DNA from: Candidatus Levyibacteriota bacterium
GTDB taxonomy: Bacteria; Patescibacteriota; Microgenomatia; Levybacterales; UBA12049
Length of the DNA: 64,000 nt
Direction of reading: 5' to 3'
Assembly: GCA_963790825.1 (NCBI GenBank)
Contig: CAWBPM010000004.1
Span: 158,987 to 222,986 of the forward strand
The notes under the pieces are model-generated. The model worked only from the letters and a program-made list of their open reading frames with translations, searched no databases and was not told the origin of the DNA. Below, one piece after another: positions 58,213 to 64,000 of the stretch. A program made the translations under genes and the position numbers. Numbering within the stretch: position 1 is the first letter of the stretch; the number at the start of each line of letters is the position of its first letter.

Positions 58213-58521
58213 CTATTCTATATTAAAAGTAGACATTTTTTTGCTCATGTTCTTATCACCTCTTGTAATATCTTTCGGGTGAATACCACTGGTATATGTC
58301 GCTCTTACTTTTCCTTCAGGGGTGGAGTAGTATATTGCTGCGATGCCATTAATAAAGATAGGTCTTACCTCTTGTCTGCCATGTTTATCGGTGTTTGCAT
58401 ACCATTTACCCTCCACATTTTCTAAACCGAGCTTTTCCTCGTGCTCTTCCCAGGTTAAATTTTCTGTTTTATTAGATACAGGTCTTCTTTCTGTTTCCGA
58501 CATGAATGGAGAAAATAACAA
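58213..58521 (-). CDS. hypothetical protein
   Basis: 102-aa ORF. Confidence 0.3.
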   Translation of the reverse strand: MLFSPFMSETERRPVSNKTENLTWEEHEEKLGLENVEGKWYANTDKHGRQEVRPIFINGIAAIYYSTPEGKVRATYTSGIHPKDITRGDKNMSKKMSTFNIE

Positions 58522-58703
58522 ATAATTGTAAGTAGAAAGTAAAAATAGAGTAAGCTTTATGTAAGAAATCCTGCAGACAAAACAAATTTACTTTAGTTCC
58601 GATTGACTCTTTTTTTCTCCAAAATAGAAACAACAAATTATTATCTTCAGAATTATCCCCAGTTACCAAGCTAAAGTTATAATTTCAGCTTCAGAATATT
58701 TCC

Positions 58704-58837
58704 TTGACAACACCAAAAATACTCTATTAAATAGATAGATACATAGTTTTTTCAAACTGTGTACAATTTACCCTGAGAGCATTGCTTATCGTACCGAACT
58801 TATCTATCAAGAGTAACGAAAGCGATGCTCTTTTTTT
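58704..58837 (+). ncRNA. candidate small RNA (orphan promoter followed by strong intrinsic terminator)
   Basis: TTGACA-17/18-TAAATA at 58704-58733; 11-bp stem GAGCAUUGCUU/AAGCGAUGCUC (one G.U) at 58777-58830 followed by T7. Confidence 0.35.
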
Positions 58838-59006
58838 ATCTTAGTGTTAATGCGTCATGCAGGAGCATGAGAGAGAATAAAATGATGGGCACTCCAAAAA
58901 ACCAAATAATAAATAGTTCCATAAAAAAATAATATTACAAATCTGTAATATTTCTGCGAAAAATGCGTAAGAGAATGAAGAGAAATTAGAGGCGGATTGT
59001 TATTTC

Positions 59007-61538
59007 TTAAAGCAGGTACTTCTTTAAAAAGATATTTTTGACTTCTTCAACGATAAATAGATAAATAGCGGTAAGCAGTATGAGAATAAGCAAATAGAAC
59101 GGAGGAAGAGGGACAAATCCCAGTGTTTTATTTATCGGCGAATAAGGAAGAAGGATGCCGATCTCAGTCATGATAAGTGCCGTTGTGGTTAACCAAAAAC
59201 TGGGACTACTTAGAAAAAACGGTGTCCGGGCGGTTCGAATTACAAAAACTACTAAAATTTCAGTAGCAATCGATTCGATAAACCAACCTGTTTGAAACAT
59301 TGCTCCTCGGGCGTGAAAAATAAAGAGCATTATGGCAAAGGTTAAAAAATCAAAGAGCGAACTAATCGGCCCAAAAAAAAGCATATAACTTTTAATAAAA
59401 TCAAGATTCCAATGTCTTGGCCGAACGAGTGATTCATGATCAACATTATCCGTCGGAATACTAAGCTGTGAAACATCATAGAGCCCGTTCGTGAGAAGAA
59501 TCTGTACGGGGGTCATTGGAAGAAATGATAAGAAGAAAGATGCTCCTGATGCTGAGAACATATTGCCAAAGTTTGAGCTGGTTGCCATGAGAATATATTT
59601 AATTGTGTTATTAAACGTTTTTCTTCCTTCAATAATTCCATCTGCGATAACATCAAGGCTTTTTCGAAGCAGCACTACCGCAGCTGCATCTTTCGCTACG
59701 TCAACAGCACTATTAACAGATATACCGACGTCTGCGCTATGGATAGACGGCAAATCATTAATCCCGTCTCCAACATATCCAACAGTGTGCCCTGCTTTCT
59801 TAAGCGTTTCTATGATGCGTAATTTTTGTTCCGGAGTAACTCTGGCAAAAATATCTATACCGGTGACTTTTGCAAGAAATTCTTCGCCCGACAGCGCTTC
59901 CAGATCTCGTCCTAACAGTACGTGTTTTACCGGTATACCGATTTCCCGGCAAATTTTCCGGGTAATAATCTCATTATCTCCTGTAATAATTTTTGTTTGT
60001 ACATTAAGCATGTGAAGTTTTCCGAGAGCTTCCTTGGCGCTTTTTTTAGGAATATCCAAGAAGGTGATATAACCCGCGAAAGTTAATTGAGTTGCATCTT
60101 CCCACGAATAATCTTTTTTTTCCGGAATTTTTTTAGTTGCAACGGCAACCATGCGAAGACCATCATTATTTAGGGCGGCTAATTTTTCCCGCAGCGCTTT
60201 TTTATTTGGGATATTATTACACATGGCAATAATGCTATCCGGAGCGCCTTTTACCACGATTGTTTTATGTTTGTCCTCTTCAAGAACAGAATACATAGCC
60301 TTTCTGTTATAGTCAAATGGTTCCTCGGCAATTTTTTGATATCTGCTTCCCATATTTATTTTATTCTTCAGGGCATAATCCCAGATAGCAGCATCAATTG
60401 CATTTCCGAGCACCTTGTGATGTACGATTGCACTATTGCAAAGCATTGCCAGGTGAAGAATCTCAGGGCTTTTTTCTCCATACATATCAACATAATCTAT
60501 AACATCAATTTTCCCTTCGGTAAGTGTTCCTGTTTTATCCGTACATAATACGTCCATATTGCCCAGGTTTTCGATAGAAATAAGCTGCTTTACGACAATA
60601 TGTTTTTTTGCCAACTTTCCTGCGCCGTGTGCCAGACTTACCGTTACAATGACCGGCAGCAACTCGGGGGTAAGTCCGACTGCAATAGCCAAAGAAAACA
60701 GGAGCGAGTCCAGGAGGCTGTGACCTAAGAGCGCGTTGACAACAAATATAACAATTGTCATAAGAATAATAACCTTGACAATAAGATCGCCAAAGAGGGA
60801 AAGTCCTTTTTGAAAATCAGTTACCGGACGGATGAACGAGGTGATCTCAGCGATTTTACCGAACTGCGTATTTTTGCCAATTCTAATGACAATACCTCTG
60901 CCTGACCCGCTTTCGATGCTCGTACCCATATAGCCGACATTGTCAATATTTGCTCCGTTTTCCGGAAGTTTTTGTATGGCTTGACTTGTTTTAAACACGG
61001 TTTTTGCTTCGCCTGTCAAAACAGACTGATTTACTTCCAGATCTTGTGTTTCAATAAGACGAATATCTGCCGGAATAATGCTTCCTTGGGAGACAAGAAC
61101 AATATCCCCAATAGTCAAATGAGAAACAGGGATTTCCAATTTACCGCCATTTCTCTCAACCAGAGCACTTGGCGAAATCTTTTTTAAAAGACTATCGACT
61201 GTTCGAACGGCACTATATTCATTCCAAAGTCCCAACAAAACGCTTGCAATAATAATGCCGAAAATATAATAAGAGCTGACATGTTGTCCTAAGAGGTAAG
61301 AAATACATGTTGCGATTGCCAAGATAATAATAAGCGGGTTACTGGTGAATTGACGAAGAAAAATACGGAAGAAATTAATATTTTGCTTACGTATGCTATT
61401 TAAACCAAACTGTTTTTGTCTTTTGAAAACTTCTGCTTCTGATAATCCCTGATTTGAAGAACCAAGCTGGGATACGACTTCTTGAGGCGAGAACGCTGCG
61501 TAATCGGTATCAGGACGCAAAGCAGACAGAGTAGACAT
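59007..61538 (-). CDS. cation-transporting P-type ATPase (P2/P3-type; Ca2+/Mg2+-like)
   Basis: Cation_ATPase_N, TGES-like, CTDKTGTLT, VGDGINDLPS, 10 TM. Confidence 0.85.
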   Translation of the reverse strand: MSTLSALRPDTDYAAFSPQEVVSQLGSSNQGLSEAEVFKRQKQFGLNSIRKQNINFFRIFLRQFTSNPLIIILAIATCISYLLGQHVSSYYIFGIIIASVLLGLWNEYSAVRTVDSLLKKISPSALVERNGGKLEIPVSHLTIGDIVLVSQGSIIPADIRLIETQDLEVNQSVLTGEAKTVFKTSQAIQKLPENGANIDNVGYMGTSIESGSGRGIVIRIGKNTQFGKIAEITSFIRPVTDFQKGLSLFGDLIVKVIILMTIVIFVVNALLGHSLLDSLLFSLAIAVGLTPELLPVIVTVSLAHGAGKLAKKHIVVKQLISIENLGNMDVLCTDKTGTLTEGKIDVIDYVDMYGEKSPEILHLAMLCNSAIVHHKVLGNAIDAAIWDYALKNKINMGSRYQKIAEEPFDYNRKAMYSVLEEDKHKTIVVKGAPDSIIAMCNNIPNKKALREKLAALNNDGLRMVAVATKKIPEKKDYSWEDATQLTFAGYITFLDIPKKSAKEALGKLHMLNVQTKIITGDNEIITRKICREIGIPVKHVLLGRDLEALSGEEFLAKVTGIDIFARVTPEQKLRIIETLKKAGHTVGYVGDGINDLPSIHSADVGISVNSAVDVAKDAAAVVLLRKSLDVIADGIIEGRKTFNNTIKYILMATSSNFGNMFSASGASFFLSFLPMTPVQILLTNGLYDVSQLSIPTDNVDHESLVRPRHWNLDFIKSYMLFFGPISSLFDFLTFAIMLFIFHARGAMFQTGWFIESIATEILVVFVIRTARTPFFLSSPSFWLTTTALIMTEIGILLPYSPINKTLGFVPLPPFYLLILILLTAIYLFIVEEVKNIFLKKYLL

Positions 61539-61637
61539 ACTCTATTTATACCATACTCATATATAAATTTGCGTTTCCTTCCCTAAGCATTCCCGGTTAT
61601 TTCAGCTGTTTTTCAGTTTAAGTGCTATAATTACAGC

Positions 61638-62315
61638 ATGAGAATTCTTATTATTGAAGACGAACATAAAATAGCCAACTCTATAAAAAAGGGATTGGAG
61701 CATGAAAATTATGCTGTCGATGTTGTTTATTCCGGCTCGGAAGGTTTGGATTTTGCCCAGAGCGAAGAATATGATGTGATAATTTTGGACCGGTTGCTTC
61801 CGGGAATGGATGGAATTGAGATCTGCAAGGAAATTCGAAAATTTGGCATCCACACTCCTGTTTTACTCTTAACGGCGAAAGGACAAGTGGAAGATAGGGT
61901 AGAAGGACTAAATAGCGGGGCGGACGACTATATGATAAAACCATTTGCGTTTTCTGAGCTTTTTGCCAGGGTGCGCGCTTTGACCAGGAGACCAAAAAAC
62001 ACGATGGGTGCAATATTAAAAATTGATGACCTGACATTGAATACGATTACCTTTGAAGTAAATCGGCAGAATAAGCAGATTAAACTTTCCAGTAAAGAGT
62101 TTTCTCTCCTGGAGTATTTACTTCGGCACCAAAACAAAATTCTTACCAAAGAACAGATAATGAATCATGTCTGGAGCTATGATTCGGATGTACTTCCTAA
62201 TTCGGTTGAGGTGTATATTAAACATTTACGAAATAAAATTGATATGCCTTTTCCAAGCTCTCCGCTTATTCATACGGTTCGGGGATTTGGATATAAAATA
62301 AGTAAAGAAGAATAA
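61638..62315 (+). CDS. OmpR-family response regulator
   Basis: Receiver domain (DE...D...K) and winged-helix C-terminus. Confidence 0.85.
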   Translation: MRILIIEDEHKIANSIKKGLEHENYAVDVVYSGSEGLDFAQSEEYDVIILDRLLPGMDGIEICKEIRKFGIHTPVLLLTAKGQVEDRVEGLNSGADDYMIKPFAFSELFARVRALTRRPKNTMGAILKIDDLTLNTITFEVNRQNKQIKLSSKEFSLLEYLLRHQNKILTKEQIMNHVWSYDSDVLPNSVEVYIKHLRNKIDMPFPSSPLIHTVRGFGYKISKEE

Positions 62316-62316
62316 T

Positions 62317-63324
62317 ATGTTTCATTCAGCACGTCTCAAACTTACAGCCTGGTATTTACTCATTATCATGCTGGTCAGCATTTTCTTTAGTCTCGCATTT
62401 TATAACGTTTCTACCCAAGAAATACAAAGAGTTCTGCGCCGTATAGAAATGAGGGAAGTAAATCCGGCAGCCGGACTTTTCCCACAACCTCTTCCGCTGT
62501 CTCAAGCAGCAGTAAATGAGCTTACAGAATCAGAACAAAGGTTACAAATCGTACTGATTTTAATTAATGCAGGGATACTTGTTGCAGCAGGAGGCGCAGG
62601 CTATTTCCTGGCAGGCAGAACGCTCCGTCCGATTCAAAATATGGTGGATGAACAGAATCGCTTTATTGCCGATGCTTCTCATGAGCTCAGAACACCCTTG
62701 ACTGCGCTTCGGTCCGAAATGGAAGCAGCTTTGCTTGAAAAAAATATGGCAGTGAAAAACGCAAAAATCCTTATCACCAGTAACCTTGAAGAGGTAATTA
62801 ATTTACAGGCTATTTCCGATAACCTCTTGCAGTTGGCGCATACGCAGCAGGCACAGCCGATTTTTCAGGAAATATCATTACTGCAAATCATTGAAGATAC
62901 ATTAAAAAAAATCACTCCCTTGGCAAAAGAAAGACACATAACGATCGATAATGAGGTAGAAGATGTGTCTTTAGAGGGGAATGCGTCTAATTTACGGCAA
63001 CTTTTTGTCATTCTCCTAGATAATGCGATAAAATACAGTCCTGAAAAAACAACTGTTTCTCTTACTTCCGGGCGTCTTGCGCAAGGAGTCAGTGTTAATA
63101 TTAGCGACCAGGGAATTGGAATGAGCGATATTGATCTGCCGCATATTTTTGATAGATTTTATCGCGTCGATAAATCCCGAAGTAAAACAACAATCAACGG
63201 ATACGGCTTGGGATTGTCAATTGCCAAAAAGATTATAGAAATGCATAAAGGAACCATTAGTATTAAAAGTAAAATAGGAAAAGGGACGACATTTACCGTT
63301 ACCCTCCCAACAAGAAAGAATTAA
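62317..63324 (+). CDS. sensor histidine kinase
   Basis: 2 TM, H-box ADASHELRTPL, N/G boxes LLDNAIKYS, GYGLGLSIA. Confidence 0.8.
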   Translation: MFHSARLKLTAWYLLIIMLVSIFFSLAFYNVSTQEIQRVLRRIEMREVNPAAGLFPQPLPLSQAAVNELTESEQRLQIVLILINAGILVAAGGAGYFLAGRTLRPIQNMVDEQNRFIADASHELRTPLTALRSEMEAALLEKNMAVKNAKILITSNLEEVINLQAISDNLLQLAHTQQAQPIFQEISLLQIIEDTLKKITPLAKERHITIDNEVEDVSLEGNASNLRQLFVILLDNAIKYSPEKTTVSLTSGRLAQGVSVNISDQGIGMSDIDLPHIFDRFYRVDKSRSKTTINGYGLGLSIAKKIIEMHKGTISIKSKIGKGTTFTVTLPTRKN

Positions 63325-63372
63325 TTTTATTCAGCTAATTTTAAGATTAATATATTTAAATAATTCAGCAAG

Positions 63373-63846
63373 ATGAAAAAACTATTGATCACTATTGTAC
63401 TTTTGTTTATCTTTATCGGTTATTCAATTAACCAGCAAACAGAAGGAAAAAATATTCAGGCGATTGTAGCGAAAAGTAGCACACCATCCGGTTCAAATGG
63501 AAGTCCCTCTCCGTCAAATGCCGGTTCAAGTCCTTCTACTAATTCTGGAAACGTCACCACTGGTTCGTTTAAGGATGGTACGTATGTCGGAAACAGCGCA
63601 GATGCTTATTATGGCAACATACAAGTACAAGCAACAATCAGTAACGGCAAGCTGGTGGATGTTCAATTTCTTAAGTATCCGAATGACCGGGGTACCTCAA
63701 TAGAAATTAATAGTGCCGCTATGCCGATTTTAAAACAAGAAGCAATTCAAGCACAAAGTGCCAATGTTGGCGCGGTGTCAGGTGCGACTGATACCAGTAT
63801 GGCATTTGTCCAATCTCTTAGCTCCGCACTCGTAAAAGCACAATGA
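63373..63846 (+). CDS. FMN-binding domain protein (secreted, Ser/Gly/Pro-rich linker)
   Basis: C-terminal ...VDVQFLKYPN...GAVSGATDTS FMN_bind pattern. Confidence 0.55.
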   Translation: MKKLLITIVLLFIFIGYSINQQTEGKNIQAIVAKSSTPSGSNGSPSPSNAGSSPSTNSGNVTTGSFKDGTYVGNSADAYYGNIQVQATISNGKLVDVQFLKYPNDRGTSIEINSAAMPILKQEAIQAQSANVGAVSGATDTSMAFVQSLSSALVKAQ

Positions 63847-64000
63847 AACAAACGAAACTTCTCATGGGTATGCCAATAGCGGTAGAAATTGTAGATACTC
63901 AGGTGTCCGATGCGAGTTTCGGAAAAGTTTTTGCATATTTCCGATCTATTGACAAGCGGTTTAGTACTTATAAAAAAAATAGTGAGATTTCACGGTTTAA
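63843..64000 (+). CDS. apbE: FAD:protein FMN transferase (ApbE family), N-terminal fragment (continues beyond window)
   Basis: LMGMPIAVEI start typical of ApbE; overlaps the previous stop. Confidence 0.5.
   Translation, partial: MKQTKLLMGMPIAVEIVDTQVSDASFGKVFAYFRSIDKRFSTYKKNSEISRF

Noticed and set aside
58777-58837. Hairpin interpreted as a terminator of the minus-strand P-type ATPase gene
   Set aside because: On the minus strand the hairpin would be followed by cctgagag... and not a U-tract; the U7 run is only on the plus strand
1-64000. CRISPR arrays or rRNA genes
   Set aside because: No regularly spaced short direct repeats and no rRNA-like conserved stretches were seen

Overview
This is an AT-rich bacterial window, possibly from an uncultivated small-genome lineage (I cannot confirm the lineage). 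It divides into two parts. (1) Positions ~1-24,400 form a mosaic accessory region. It begins at the 3' end of rpoD and a tRNA-Asn(GUU) gene interrupted by a ~198-nt group I intron in the anticodon loop. A large serine recombinase gene directly abuts the tRNA 3' end. Behind it sits a minus-strand module (excisionase-like HTH, Rep-like protein, SpoVG, membrane proteins). Next come a second serine recombinase with a catalytically degenerate resolvase paralogue and an XRE regulator, then a convergent Vsr/Dcm pair. Next to these lies a compact 5-6 gene plus-strand operon: small basic protein, 215-aa unknown, GHKL-family ATPase, a multi-HTH protein built from three RNA-polymerase-derived modules (alpha-CTD-like HhH, sigma-70 region 4, two HARE-HTH), and an ABC-ATPase/Toprim (OLD/PARIS-like) nuclease. 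I regard this operon as the best candidate for an undescribed defence-type system. The region ends with two IS481-family transposases, a NUDIX gene, a GC-rich passenger ORF, and several families of intergenic direct repeats. (2) Positions ~24,400-64,000 look like core genome. They hold a TetR-MacAB-like efflux module, hydrolases, mscL, a Zur-ZnuACBB zinc uptake operon, two tandem multi-domain GH130 glycoside phosphorylase-like genes, a purC-purN-purD-purSL-purQ-purM operon, membrane proteins, a P-type ATPase with a divergent OmpR/HK two-component system, and FMN-binding/ApbE genes. No CRISPR array and no rRNA were seen. All calls rest on reading translated ORFs and motifs by eye; no database searches were run.
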